Positions 9,353-19,841 are shown, counted from the first letter of the stretch. The stretch is DNA of 64,000 nucleotides from an uncultured virus (IMG/VR IMGVR_UViG_3300032093_000023) (IMGVR_UViG_3300032093_000023), one strand, 5' to 3'. Translations and numbers: made by a program. The notes: generated from the sequence alone by a model not told the origin.

Positions 9353-10804
9353 CTAGCTAATGCTAGAAGCATCTAAAATTAATTGAGCCGCATCTGAAGG
9401 ATCTCTTAACATGATACCACATTCAGTCATTGCTTCAAATGTGTAACCATCTACTGAACTTGCAGATGAACCATTCTTCTTAGGTCCATAAGGTCCATAC
9501 ATACCTTCGATGTAAGTTGTTACCATCTCACGATCTTTAGAGTATACTTTTTGAATATTTGGTTCTCCTTTGTTATAAGACTTAAAGTTTAAGAAAGTTG
9601 CTTTGTAAGACTCAGCTGGTTTACCAGTTTGAGGGTGTAACAAACGATTTCTTACAACATCATTATAAGGCTTGTATTCTTTTAAAGTAATCTTATCACC
9701 ATTTAAACCTGTGTAAGTCATGAACTGGCCATGTAACTCTAAGTTTTGTCCTTCACCTGCAATGAATTTACTATCAACTAAGTTGAAAGCAGATGCACTA
9801 CGTTTCATAGCTTGATCAAATAAGTTCATGAACTCACGACCACATAATGCTACATACTCACGAGGACCATCTTCAGTACCATTGTATGCTAAATCTCCCA
9901 TGAAATCACGGATAGTTTTCTCATTCAAAGTAGTGTATAAACGTTTGTTACCTGGAGCAATTTGAGATTCTAATCCAGCACCAGAATAAATAGTATTTCC
10001 TGAAGCACCTTTTAAATCTGTAGTACCGTTAGATTTAACGTTAGATTCACCAAACATTAAACTAATTTCAATCTCATCCATGAACTGTTTCCAGAATTCC
10101 CACTCAGCATATTTTACCCAAGTGTTAGTTTTTTCATTAGTTTCAGGATTTAACATTGAGATAACCATAACACGGCTGTGAGCAGCACCAGTTACAGAAT
10201 ATTTTTTACGCAATGTAGACATAAAGTTTTCTAACATCATTGGTGTAGCATAGTGAGTTTCACCAGATGTACGAGAATGATCATGCTCTACTAAGTTGTA
10301 TTCTTTAGATACCTCTTTACCAACTACTAATAACGCTCCTGGGATTGCTTTAGTAATATCAGCAGTAACTAATTGACACACTAAGATGTAATCAGCTCCG
10401 TCATAAATTGGTTCAGAAATTACACGAGCTTTATAATCTGGACTGTCAAATAATAAAACGTCACCTTCTGAGAACCATTTTTCACCTACACCAATTTTAA
10501 AAGTTGTAGCATTGATACCTACTGAAGCAGCAGCATCAAATACTGAACGTGTAATTGAAATAGCTTTACGAGAATCTCCAATGATATTCCAACGATATTG
10601 GATACCATCAATCTCTTTAGATTTACCCATACCACCTGTTAAGAATGATAGAGCATTTTTATAACCGTTTTGTTTGTTATAAATACGAGTGATAACTTGA
10701 CTAGCAATAGCTGGCTCAGTTAAAAAGAAACTAGACAAATGTGAATCTTGAGTAAGACCCGCATGCCAGTTCATGTTTGTTATTTGTAATGGACTAATTT
10801 GCAT
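9353..10804 (-). CDS. Major capsid protein (crAss-like, HK97 fold)
   Basis: 483 aa; order terminase-portal-scaffold-MCP; motifs LRKKYSVTG, SGAGLESQI, HPQTGKPAESY, SSVDGY...CGIMLRDP. Confidence 0.88.
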   Translation of the reverse strand: MQISPLQITNMNWHAGLTQDSHLSSFFLTEPAIASQVITRIYNKQNGYKNALSFLTGGMGKSKEIDGIQYRWNIIGDSRKAISITRSVFDAAASVGINATTFKIGVGEKWFSEGDVLLFDSPDYKARVISEPIYDGADYILVCQLVTADITKAIPGALLVVGKEVSKEYNLVEHDHSRTSGETHYATPMMLENFMSTLRKKYSVTGAAHSRVMVISMLNPETNEKTNTWVKYAEWEFWKQFMDEIEISLMFGESNVKSNGTTDLKGASGNTIYSGAGLESQIAPGNKRLYTTLNEKTIRDFMGDLAYNGTEDGPREYVALCGREFMNLFDQAMKRSASAFNLVDSKFIAGEGQNLELHGQFMTYTGLNGDKITLKEYKPYNDVVRNRLLHPQTGKPAESYKATFLNFKSYNKGEPNIQKVYSKDREMVTTYIEGMYGPYGPKKNGSSASSVDGYTFEAMTECGIMLRDPSDAAQLILDASSIS

Positions 10805-10836
10805 TTTTATTGTTTATATTAAATTAATAATTGTTC

Positions 10837-11967
10837 TTAAATTAAGCCATTATTTAATGCTTGGCGGAAAGCACTGAAGTTACTTGAAGATTTTTCTTGA
10901 CTAAAACTATCTGATTGACCAGTTTTTAATTTAGATCTACTATCTCCTTTAAAGTTAGATAACTTACTAGCTAACTCTGAACTTACTTTATTCTTTACTT
11001 GTTTTTCTAACTTACTCATATCCCAATCATTCATTGCTAAATAAGCATACATAAATTGAGCATTTTCGTTAGTTTCATTATGCTTCTGTAAACCAGTCTT
11101 ACCTGATTTATCGGGTTTCATAATGAAGTCCCAAAGATTATCTTTTAATTTGGGAGTTAACTTAAACCCTTGAATTTCATCTTTAGAATATAATTTGTCT
11201 TTAAACTCCTCATATTGTTTTTTAGCTAAAGCCTTTTGTTCAGCATCATATTTCTTTTGAACTTCAACTAACTGTTCTTGATAAGACTTTTCAGCATTTT
11301 GTAATTTAGTTAAAGCTGTTTTAGCTTTCTTTTCCAATATACCAGAAACTTCATATGTATCAAGAGTTTCATTAATTTCTTCTTCATCTTCACCTTGAGC
11401 TTTTAAATACTCTTTTAAAACAACTTTTGAATCAGATTCATCTTCTAATTTAAAGTCTGCCCAAGAACTTTGGTTGTAATAAAGATCCATAAATTGTTTA
11501 GGATCTCCACCTGCTTCAACAAATTCTACAAGTTTGTGTACATCTTCAGGTAAACTTTGTTTATACCTTTCAACTTCTTTCTCAACTGTAGTACTCATTA
11601 GTTTTTTTAAACCATCTTCAGAATCTTCAAAAGTTTCTTCATCATAGTCTACTAAACCTTTATCTCCTAACCAACTTGCAAATACTTTGAGAGAAGAACT
11701 CTCTTCAGTAGTTTCTTGTTTAGTCTCAACTTCAGCAACTTCTTCAGGTGCTTTAGTTTCTTCTTTGGGGATGTCTTTAACAACCTCTTTTGTAACTTCC
11801 TTAGTTTCATCAACTGGTGTCACGTCTTCTAGATTTTCAAGTAATGGTTGAGCTACTGAATTATTCTCTTTAAAATCTGAAGAATATTCATCATTAAACT
11901 GCATTTCCATACCTTCACCAAATGGTGTATCTAGGATATTAAATTCCTTTTGTTTTTCCTTACTCAT
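10837..11967 (-). CDS. Capsid scaffolding-like protein (gene-77-like)
   Basis: Highly acidic coiled-coil protein directly upstream of MCP. Confidence 0.7.
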   Translation of the reverse strand: MSKEKQKEFNILDTPFGEGMEMQFNDEYSSDFKENNSVAQPLLENLEDVTPVDETKEVTKEVVKDIPKEETKAPEEVAEVETKQETTEESSSLKVFASWLGDKGLVDYDEETFEDSEDGLKKLMSTTVEKEVERYKQSLPEDVHKLVEFVEAGGDPKQFMDLYYNQSSWADFKLEDESDSKVVLKEYLKAQGEDEEEINETLDTYEVSGILEKKAKTALTKLQNAEKSYQEQLVEVQKKYDAEQKALAKKQYEEFKDKLYSKDEIQGFKLTPKLKDNLWDFIMKPDKSGKTGLQKHNETNENAQFMYAYLAMNDWDMSKLEKQVKNKVSSELASKLSNFKGDSRSKLKTGQSDSFSQEKSSSNFSAFRQALNNGLI

Positions 11968-11989
11968 GCTTGCCTTATTAGTAATATAC

Positions 11990-12003
11990 TATAAATATAA
12001 CTG
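11990..12003 (-). promoter_or_regulatory. Probable -7 promoter element for the scaffold/MCP transcript
   Basis: Minus strand CAGTTATATTTAT, same core as the promoter at 20250-20262; no clear TTTG -33 box. Confidence 0.45.
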
Positions 12004-12063
12004 TTTTGGTTATTGTCTCCTAATTTTAAAAGTTAGACAGTTAACTAACTTTTTATAGCTTTA

Positions 12064-12588
12064 TTATCCTTTTAATTCTGTATCAAATAATCTCATTGCT
12101 ATCTTATCTTCACCAAAAGCTTCTAATTTATCTATATAAGTTTGAACTTTTCCTAGTTCTTCTTGTTGTTCAGTTAAGAATTTCATAGCTAATTGATATA
12201 ATAAATGATTACCATATTTCATAGCATGTGAAGCTAATTCATTACATTGTTGAGTAACCATTATTTCATGAGCAAATGATTGTCTAATAATATCAGGTAA
12301 TCCAGCAAATACTTGAGGAGGTTCTTTTAAAGCCGGTAACTTTGGAGTTACTCCCATATCTAAAAGAAAATCTTTAGCCCATTGAGCATGTTTCATCTCA
12401 TCTTCAGAATCCTTTAACCAGGCTGAAGCTGCTCCAGTATATCCATGATCATTTAACCATAAAGACATTATTTGATATAGCCGACTAGAATATTCTTCTT
12501 GCTCAATTCTATAATTTAATATATCAATGCATTCTTTAGATGCAAAAGGGTTTTTAACCCCACCAAGTTTTACTTTAGGTACTTCCAT
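12064..12588 (-). CDS. Ferritin-like di-iron protein
   Basis: Ferroxidase pattern E..Y / EDEMKHA / HE..VT / EQQEE over a 174 aa four-helix bundle. Confidence 0.85.
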   Translation of the reverse strand: MEVPKVKLGGVKNPFASKECIDILNYRIEQEEYSSRLYQIMSLWLNDHGYTGAASAWLKDSEDEMKHAQWAKDFLLDMGVTPKLPALKEPPQVFAGLPDIIRQSFAHEIMVTQQCNELASHAMKYGNHLLYQLAMKFLTEQQEELGKVQTYIDKLEAFGEDKIAMRLFDTELKG

Positions 12589-15167
12589 TATTTTTTAGGT
12601 TTATTAGATTTAGCTTTAGCTGCGGCCAACTTCATACGTTCTATCTCCATCTTTTTATTCATCATATCTTTATCTAAAGCAGCTTTCTTATTAGCTAATT
12701 CAATTTGATTCTTATTTTGAATTTTAATTTGTTCAAGTTTCTTATTTTCTAGATCTTGTTTCATTCTAATCTCTTTATCTTTTTGAGCTAACTGAGCATC
12801 ATGTTTAGATTTATCATGTCCAATCTTAGATTGTTCTAAGAATGCTTTAGATGATAATTCTTGTTGTTTTAATGCATTAGCCGCAATCTCTGAAGGATCA
12901 GGGATACCATTATCATTTTGATCTAAATCTTGTTGTCTAGCAAATACACCAATCTCAGCAATTTGAATTTTTGTAGAATTATTAGCTTCAGCAATATATC
13001 TTTCTTGATCAAGTTTTAAATGATCTAATTCAACTTGTTCAGCATGCATTTGTTGTTGAATAGCTTCAACTTTCATTTCATGCTCTTGTTGAGCTTTAGA
13101 ACTATCAGCTTGACGTTTATAGAACTCCTCTTCTTTACGTTGTAACAATCTTACAATATCTCTAGGAGAATCATTCATTAATGTTTCAACTATTGAAGAT
13201 AAATCTATTTTTTCAGACTGTAATGCTACTTGAACTAATTGGTCTAACTTAGCTTTTAATTCAAGATCTTTAGTATTGTTAGTTACAAATACATTAAACT
13301 CTGAATTCTCAAATTCATTCTCTTCTAGGTTAAGCATCTCAATACCCATATCATCTAAGACATACTGAGCAACTAATCCTTTCTTATAACATATCTTAGC
13401 AACTTCAATCATTGCTGTATAGGCTCTACGTTTAACTTCAGCATGAGCTTCGTACAAATATTCAGTAATTAATGATGATTGATTAACAGATCTTTCTACA
13501 TTACCAACTAGTTCAGAGTTATTAATAGCACCTAAACGTTGAGGTGTAACACCAGATACAAAGGCTACTTGTTGTTTAATGTAATCCAACATATTGATAT
13601 ATTGTTGAATAGATTGACTAAGACTTAAATCAATTGCTTGAAACTGATTAAACTTGTTGGCCAATTGTCCTGTAGCAGCACCTTTCTTACCTTCCTCAAA
13701 TGAGTTAATGAATGCAATATTCATCTCTTTAAGATAGTACATCCACTTATCAATATCGATACCTTGACTTTGAGGTATCTGAGCTAAGTCCATGATGAAC
13801 TTCTTACCTTGATCTGAAGCAAATGCTATCTCTAATCTATAAGATATAATATCATATAAATATTGATAAGGTTTTAATCTGTCAATTAAACTAACTGATT
13901 GAGAGTTAGTAGCTTCATATATAAATCCTGTATAACCTAATCTGCAGTAGTATGGATTATCCAATCTACGTCTTTGGTTAGGTTTAGGTTTAATGTCTGT
14001 AAATATATCTAATCCAATTTTAACACCTTCCCAAGCTTCATTGATCCAATACCATTCTACTTTAGCATCAGGGAAAGCTTCTTTAAATATTCTAGTATTA
14101 AAGAATTCATCTACAATCTCTGTATTAACAGTTCCTTCTTCATCAGTCCAAGTTAACTCACCAATCTTCTTCATTGATTTCCATTCAACTCTAGTAACTC
14201 TAATAGAATAGTTATTACTATTATTTCCATTATAAGCATTAGTTGGAGTAACTCCTGCAAAAGCATTTTGTCCATTAACTACATCAAACTGAGGTTCAAA
14301 TCCACCTGCTGTATTAAAAGAACCAAAGGTCCCTCTAGTATAATTTTCTAATTTCTCTATATCTGCTTTAGATAGAATATCACCATATTCATCTAAAATA
14401 GTATTGATGGCCAACATACGTTCTTCAACTACTGCTATAGCATCATCAATAAAAGTAGTATCTCCATCTAGTATCACAGTTAAGTTAACTGGATTAACTC
14501 TACGCATAGCTACTTCATCATTCTCAATACCTACCCAATAAATCTCTTCTCCAGCAATTAAAGCATCTTTCCATCCTTGAGAAAATAATAATCTAGTATT
14601 ACATTTCTTCTTTAAAGACTTAAGAATCTTGTTAGCTTTAGATTCAATTATATCCGACGGTGTATATTTTTCATGCTTGATAATTTCTTCCGGTGGAGGT
14701 GGTGGATTATTAGGATCTGCATTAGGATCAATTTGATAAGCCAAACCTTGTTGTAAAGCCTGGAAAATCTTTTCCTTAATTGCTGAAGTCTTTCTGTTAA
14801 TATCATCTGGAGATTCAGATACCACAATATGATTATCTGGACGTTTAGTTTCCTCACCAATAAGTAACTTAATTGGTTCAGAGATGATGTCATAATGTTG
14901 AAATCTAGCGGGAAATGTATTTGAAGTATTGATACCCAATGGATCACATATAGTTTCAATATCCTTATGGTTGACTTTACCATTATATAAATCGTAGTTA
15001 ATTAACTTTCTAAGTCTATCAGAACGCAGATTACTACCATTAGTATATCTGTAATTTGAATAATAATTAATGCAAGACTTACCCCACTCTTTGTCTTTGC
15101 TAGACATAGGTAACTTTTGTTGTGGTAAATTCTGACCACCTAAATTGGCGTATATATCTTGACTCAT
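12588..15167 (-). CDS. Portal protein
   Basis: 859 aa after terminase; SLIDRLKPYQYLY, SGVTPQRLG, VGNVERS motifs; long coiled-coil C-terminus as in crAss-like portals. Confidence 0.88.
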   Translation of the reverse strand: MSQDIYANLGGQNLPQQKLPMSSKDKEWGKSCINYYSNYRYTNGSNLRSDRLRKLINYDLYNGKVNHKDIETICDPLGINTSNTFPARFQHYDIISEPIKLLIGEETKRPDNHIVVSESPDDINRKTSAIKEKIFQALQQGLAYQIDPNADPNNPPPPPEEIIKHEKYTPSDIIESKANKILKSLKKKCNTRLLFSQGWKDALIAGEEIYWVGIENDEVAMRRVNPVNLTVILDGDTTFIDDAIAVVEERMLAINTILDEYGDILSKADIEKLENYTRGTFGSFNTAGGFEPQFDVVNGQNAFAGVTPTNAYNGNNSNNYSIRVTRVEWKSMKKIGELTWTDEEGTVNTEIVDEFFNTRIFKEAFPDAKVEWYWINEAWEGVKIGLDIFTDIKPKPNQRRRLDNPYYCRLGYTGFIYEATNSQSVSLIDRLKPYQYLYDIISYRLEIAFASDQGKKFIMDLAQIPQSQGIDIDKWMYYLKEMNIAFINSFEEGKKGAATGQLANKFNQFQAIDLSLSQSIQQYINMLDYIKQQVAFVSGVTPQRLGAINNSELVGNVERSVNQSSLITEYLYEAHAEVKRRAYTAMIEVAKICYKKGLVAQYVLDDMGIEMLNLEENEFENSEFNVFVTNNTKDLELKAKLDQLVQVALQSEKIDLSSIVETLMNDSPRDIVRLLQRKEEEFYKRQADSSKAQQEHEMKVEAIQQQMHAEQVELDHLKLDQERYIAEANNSTKIQIAEIGVFARQQDLDQNDNGIPDPSEIAANALKQQELSSKAFLEQSKIGHDKSKHDAQLAQKDKEIRMKQDLENKKLEQIKIQNKNQIELANKKAALDKDMMNKKMEIERMKLAAAKAKSNKPKK

Positions 15168-17257
15168 TGGTTTGTACTTGTGTTAAATTGGGAATTCTTC
15201 CTATTAAATATAAGGCCTTTTTTATAAATTCTTTCTAAGTAATTACTAATAGGGTTAGCATCATTTGATAGCTCTTCTACATGTATTCTATGTAATTCAT
15301 AGGTTTGTAAAATACATAGCATTAACGCAATAACTCTATCTGTATTTATTTCTCTATCATAAGCTATTAACTCTTTTAGCAATGGTATAGATTTAATAGT
15401 CTGAAATCTAAGTTGTTTAGTTCCTTCTACCTCACCATTAATTTCCTCATATAACCATTTCTTAAGATATAACTCACACTGATCTTTAATACCCGCCGCA
15501 CCTCCAGATCCTCTATTCATATGGATACCATATCCACGTTGAACTCTAGAATCCTTAATCATATCCTTAATAATACCAGGTTGTTCACACATATATTGTA
15601 GAGAGTTCTTTTGTTCAAAGTATACCTTTAAACCTTTTAACTGGTTCTCATACAATACTTTAGAGTTATAATACATACATAGTTTTCTACATACTTCATA
15701 AAACTCTTCTGCAGTATCTGGTCTAGATGTGTATTCAGCAACTATAATATCATGAGTTCTATCCGCTCTATAAAATCTCTTATAGACAAAGAATGAGCCT
15801 AGAGATCCAGATTCTGATTTATCTTGATCATAAGGGTCACATCCTGCAATATATAAGTAATTAGGTATCTCACCATTCTCATGTTTCTCAGGGTGTTCCC
15901 AAATCACTGCACAGCCATTTGTAGAGAATGATTCTCCTGACTTAGGATCTTTTCTTAAAGGGAAGTCTGTAATATGAACTAAGTCATCATTAGGTCTCCA
16001 TTTAACATATCCATCATCAAAGAATAGTTCACCTTTCTGAGCTTGACCTCTAAGACTAGGAGTATTCTCTAAATGACCTAACCATTCTAACATCTCTGGA
16101 GAACCAAAGACATTACCTTTATTTCTTAAAAAAGCTTCTTTCCAAGTACAAGGGAATTGAGTAGTAATATTATGAATTGCTTTAGGATCTAAACCATGTT
16201 TAGCCTTAGCTCTTAAAAAGTCAATATCATCTTGAGCTGCTTCATAGTTAGAGTTACCATCTTCATCAACCATAGGTTTTTTATACCATTTAGATTCTGG
16301 ATTAAGACATAAGCCTAATCTGCCTTTTGTAGCTGAACTAAAGAACCCTATCCTGCCATTAGGATTAAATGGATCCTCAAAATCTAACATGTTGTATTTT
16401 TCAGGATTAGTAAACATCTCATAGAAATACTTACTCCCTGAATCCATGTCTCCAGAAGATCCAAATAACAGAGCTACACCTGTGTATGTACTACCGTCTT
16501 TTATAAGGGGTTCAGAGTAACCATATGCATCTACAATGTTTCCAAAAACACCGCATTCGTCGAGGATTAACCAGTTAGCACTAAGCCCAACACCACTAGT
16601 AGGATTATCTTTGTAGCTAATGGCACGCACTTCGGAATTAAACCCCTTCCACACCTTAACCCCGCTAACAGTTGCCTGATACCTTGCCTTAATAAAGTCT
16701 TTAAGGTCAGGATTTCTTTGCTTTCTGAATTCAGTATTCATATTGATAAAATTTGAATTATCAATAACCATATTCATAGTGTTTTGACTAAAGGTGCTGT
16801 AAAAAGCACCTATAATTGCTTTACTATCTGGATAGAAATAGAATTCATGTGTACATATTGCTGCAGCTTTGTAAGACCAACCTTGACGACGACCTTTTAC
16901 AGCAACTAGTGATTTTTGATTTAGTCTACAATATTCTACCATGTGGAAGAATTCATAATCTAAATCTATAAATCTAGGAAAGATTTTAGATTTCTTTCCA
17001 GTCTTTTCATTAAGACCTAATATTGGACAGAAGTTTAAATAGAAAAAATGTTGACCAGTAATATGTTGCCCACAAGAGTTAGTAAATCCATTTAAACATT
17101 TATCTCTAACATCTTGCCAGAACTCTACATATTCTATAGTTCCTGGAATAGAGTTAGTATATAATCCTGTTCTATTATATTGTTCAGCAAGATATGAAAA
17201 CTCTTTAGTATTCTTAAAGTAGTCTACACATATTACGTATTTATTGTCATTCAGCAT
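15164..17257 (-). CDS. terL: Terminase large subunit
   Basis: ITGQHFFYLNF, Walker A KGRRQGWS, Walker B LILDECG, nuclease GCDPYD, YENQ, DRVIA. Confidence 0.93.
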   Translation of the reverse strand: MLNDNKYVICVDYFKNTKEFSYLAEQYNRTGLYTNSIPGTIEYVEFWQDVRDKCLNGFTNSCGQHITGQHFFYLNFCPILGLNEKTGKKSKIFPRFIDLDYEFFHMVEYCRLNQKSLVAVKGRRQGWSYKAAAICTHEFYFYPDSKAIIGAFYSTFSQNTMNMVIDNSNFINMNTEFRKQRNPDLKDFIKARYQATVSGVKVWKGFNSEVRAISYKDNPTSGVGLSANWLILDECGVFGNIVDAYGYSEPLIKDGSTYTGVALLFGSSGDMDSGSKYFYEMFTNPEKYNMLDFEDPFNPNGRIGFFSSATKGRLGLCLNPESKWYKKPMVDEDGNSNYEAAQDDIDFLRAKAKHGLDPKAIHNITTQFPCTWKEAFLRNKGNVFGSPEMLEWLGHLENTPSLRGQAQKGELFFDDGYVKWRPNDDLVHITDFPLRKDPKSGESFSTNGCAVIWEHPEKHENGEIPNYLYIAGCDPYDQDKSESGSLGSFFVYKRFYRADRTHDIIVAEYTSRPDTAEEFYEVCRKLCMYYNSKVLYENQLKGLKVYFEQKNSLQYMCEQPGIIKDMIKDSRVQRGYGIHMNRGSGGAAGIKDQCELYLKKWLYEEINGEVEGTKQLRFQTIKSIPLLKELIAYDREINTDRVIALMLCILQTYELHRIHVEELSNDANPISNYLERIYKKGLIFNRKNSQFNTSTNQ

Positions 17258-17258
17258 A

Positions 17259-17567
17259 TTAAAACATTATATGTAATTCATAACCATCTACAGCAGATGC
17301 TGAACATCCATTTTTATTTTTAAAAGGACTACATACACCTTCAAGATATGATAATACTTTTATGTCTTCAGGTTTTAAGTTATATTGTTCTAATGTTTTT
17401 AATTCATTATCTAATATCCAACTTTGATTTCCTTTAAAATTAATTTCTATTGGTGTATTATTACAACCAATAACTAACATGTATCTTTTTATATTTTTTA
17501 AATCTAATCCTTTTTTAGATTCATTTAATAAAAAAGTTGAATAATGATTTTCTTTTGTAAATTCCAT
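17259..17567 (-). CDS. Hypothetical protein whose C-terminus resembles a major capsid protein segment
   Basis: YLEGVCSPFKNKNGCSASAVDGYELHIM versus MCP YIEGMYGPYGPKKNGSSASSVDGYTFEAM. Confidence 0.6.
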   Translation of the reverse strand: MEFTKENHYSTFLLNESKKGLDLKNIKRYMLVIGCNNTPIEINFKGNQSWILDNELKTLEQYNLKPEDIKVLSYLEGVCSPFKNKNGCSASAVDGYELHIMF

Positions 17568-17569
17568 AA

Positions 17570-18091
17570 TTATTTATCTTCAAACATTCCAAGCTGAGCA
17601 TCTCCTCTAACTTTATTACCAGATGATTGTTCTTTATTACAATTATCTAAAGCTGATTGAACAGCTTCTTGCATCTTAGGCATATCTATAATTGCCTTTT
17701 GAATTTTAGTAATACTATCCTCATTGTATTCTGCAGTCTTAAAGAACTCCTCCATTTTACCAATAGATTCTTGAACAGCTTTAAACAATCTCATTGCAGG
17801 AGTAGTATGTATTTTATCGTACATATTAATACAAGCTAAAAGTTCTTCCGTCATTTTAAACTTAGGTTCTTTTAAAATATGATCTACAATTAATTTATGC
17901 TTATCTACATTACTATGTTGGAAGAATGGTGATTTAAATGAAGCATAATACCAAGTGTATTTAATTATGTTAAATGCATGAGTTTTATCTTTAGATTTAT
18001 CTTTCTCCCACACAGATTTGAATGGTTCTATAACCAAACATTCTGGAGCTACAATAATCTTACTATCTTTTAAATCTATTATTTTAATCAT
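17570..18091 (-). CDS. Conserved protein upstream of terL, candidate small terminase subunit
   Basis: Helical 173 aa protein with a C-terminal VRGD...GMFE tail; position near terL. Confidence 0.45.
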   Translation of the reverse strand: MIKIIDLKDSKIIVAPECLVIEPFKSVWEKDKSKDKTHAFNIIKYTWYYASFKSPFFQHSNVDKHKLIVDHILKEPKFKMTEELLACINMYDKIHTTPAMRLFKAVQESIGKMEEFFKTAEYNEDSITKIQKAIIDMPKMQEAVQSALDNCNKEQSSGNKVRGDAQLGMFEDK

Positions 18092-18495
18092 TAATTTTTT
18101 AATCTTTTAAATTTAGTATAAGCTTTTTCAAAAAATTCAATTGTTTCACTTAATAAATACCCTTGTAGATAAGCATAAGTTTCATTGGCATCTTTTTTCT
18201 TAAATATTATATTTTTATGTTCTAAAATATCTTGAGTTAAATGTAATAATTCATGACCTATTGTATCAAAGTAATATTTTTTATTTACATCATATTTAAC
18301 AATTAATACATGTAATCTAGTCTCATATTTAGAAGTAAATTTATTAAAAACACACCCTCTACATTCAATAAATTCTTCATCAATGTCATATTGTGTTTTT
18401 AAATCTTTTTTAACATTGTTAAAATTATCTATGACATAGACACTAACAAGACAACCATATATAGGTATTATTAATTCTTTATGCATATGTATCAA
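18091..18495 (-). CDS. HExxH (zincin-like) domain protein
   Basis: TIGHELLH ... NETYAYLQGYL. Confidence 0.6.
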   Translation of the reverse strand: MIHMHKELIIPIYGCLVSVYVIDNFNNVKKDLKTQYDIDEEFIECRGCVFNKFTSKYETRLHVLIVKYDVNKKYYFDTIGHELLHLTQDILEHKNIIFKKKDANETYAYLQGYLLSETIEFFEKAYTKFKRLKN

Positions 18496-18769
18496 ACTCT
18501 ACAATAATAGGATTATTTGTTTTTATAGGACATCCATCAATACATGTTGTCTCATCTTTAAGATTTAAAGATTCTAATAATACTTTTATATCACGATATT
18601 TAAAATAGATATTTCTTATCATATTTTCTCTAAAATTAAATTTTGCAGATTCCATTGAATAATGCCCCCAATAAAAGCTTAATGTGTTTGTTTTACGATC
18701 AACATAACCTGTTAAAAAGGTTTTATCTTTATATATTGCATAATATATTACTAATATCCAGTATCTCAT
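18479..18769 (-). CDS. Hypothetical protein
   Basis: ORF track; overlaps neighbours within the operon. Confidence 0.45.
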   Translation of the reverse strand: MRYWILVIYYAIYKDKTFLTGYVDRKTNTLSFYWGHYSMESAKFNFRENMIRNIYFKYRDIKVLLESLNLKDETTCIDGCPIKTNNPIIVEFDTYA

Positions 18770-19035
18770 TGTCCTAATCCTTTAATAGTAATTGGTGTAA
18801 AGTAATTATCTCTTAACTTCTTATAAGGCATATTAATCTTATAGTATTCAGTATCATATTTACAAGTAGTAAACTTAGGTACAACCTTACCAGAAGGATT
18901 CATATGTTCTTCTATCTGCATACCCTCAGTAATGAATAGCTTCTTTTGAAATATTCTTTCTGGGACATATCTTGCAATAGATCTACCTCTTTCCTTTATA
19001 GGTAATTGAGATATGACTTCTAGTTCTATTATCAT
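18766..19035 (-). CDS. Hypothetical protein
   Basis: ORF track; ATGA overlap with the downstream gene. Confidence 0.5.
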   Translation of the reverse strand: MIIELEVISQLPIKERGRSIARYVPERIFQKKLFITEGMQIEEHMNPSGKVVPKFTTCKYDTEYYKINMPYKKLRDNYFTPITIKGLGQ

Positions 19036-19036
19036 A

Positions 19037-19279
19037 TTATTTTAAGTCTTTACTGAATAACCATGTTGAATAAGAATAAAATGAATCATTATCTTTTAAT
19101 TTGATTATAATAAACATTTTAAGTTTCATTTTACGTAATTTGGGTTTAACTAAAGATATTACTTTATTTGCTAATTCTGTATCTATTTCTTTAAATAATT
19201 TAAAAGAATGGTTTTGAGGTACATTTAAAGTATCTGTAGTATAAACTTTTAATTTATTTACCATTTGTTCATTGGACAT
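19037..19279 (-). CDS. Hypothetical protein
   Basis: ORF track. Confidence 0.4.
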   Translation of the reverse strand: MSNEQMVNKLKVYTTDTLNVPQNHSFKLFKEIDTELANKVISLVKPKLRKMKLKMFIIIKLKDNDSFYSYSTWLFSKDLK

Positions 19280-19458
19280 TTAGAATATTCTGACCTTGTT
19301 TTAGCAATTAAAGGACACCCACATTGTGAGCAAGTATTGTTAATATTGTAAAAACAATTTGAACAAACTACTGCTCTGTCCATAGCTATCTTTTCTACTT
19401 TAGGATTTTCCCAAATTACATTGGACCATCCTGAAATAATTTCCATTAATTTACTCAT
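19258..19458 (-). CDS. Small Cys-rich metal-binding protein
   Basis: RxxxCxxC...CxxCGC...CPxxKW pattern. Confidence 0.65.
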   Translation of the reverse strand: MSKLMEIISGWSNVIWENPKVEKIAMDRAVVCSNCFYNINNTCSQCGCPLIAKTRSEYSKCPMNKW

Positions 19459-19684
19459 CTGTCTTAAGTTTTAATCGTTTAATATAATCTTGATTGTAAG
19501 CAGTAGGTCTAAACTTACCTAAGTAAATTAACTGAACTACTTTACCCTCTCTATTACTCATAGTATTTCTAATTACTCTGAACTGTGAGTCACATATTCT
19601 TTCAAGTTCCATTTTAGATAATGTAAAGTCACCCTTAATTTCATCCAATATTTCTTCATAGATATTACTTTTTGTTGAGTTCAT
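19451..19684 (-). CDS. IHF/HU-like DNA-binding protein
   Basis: Helix-helix then VQLIYLGKF beta motif; crAss-like phages carry such a gene near terL. Confidence 0.6.
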   Translation of the reverse strand: MNSTKSNIYEEILDEIKGDFTLSKMELERICDSQFRVIRNTMSNREGKVVQLIYLGKFRPTAYNQDYIKRLKLKTDE

Positions 19685-19841
19685 ATTTTACCTTCTCTAT
19701 CACTAGTTATATTAAAATGTTTGTCAAATTCTTCAATTTTCATATCCATAATAATACCATTTAAACCCATATTTATAAGTTTATTTCTATATGAAAATAC
19801 TTGAGATTGTAATAATAAATAATCTTTTAATAACTCTTCCA

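Noticed and set aside
15164..17257. Intein or intron in terminase (also checked polA and primase)
   Set aside because: Lengths are normal, motifs are contiguous, and no intein splice motifs or embedded endonuclease are seen.
2212..17839. Plus-strand ORFs 2212, 3004, 6579, 13993, 17657 and the nested minus ORF 14648
   Set aside because: Shadow frames of well-supported structural genes.
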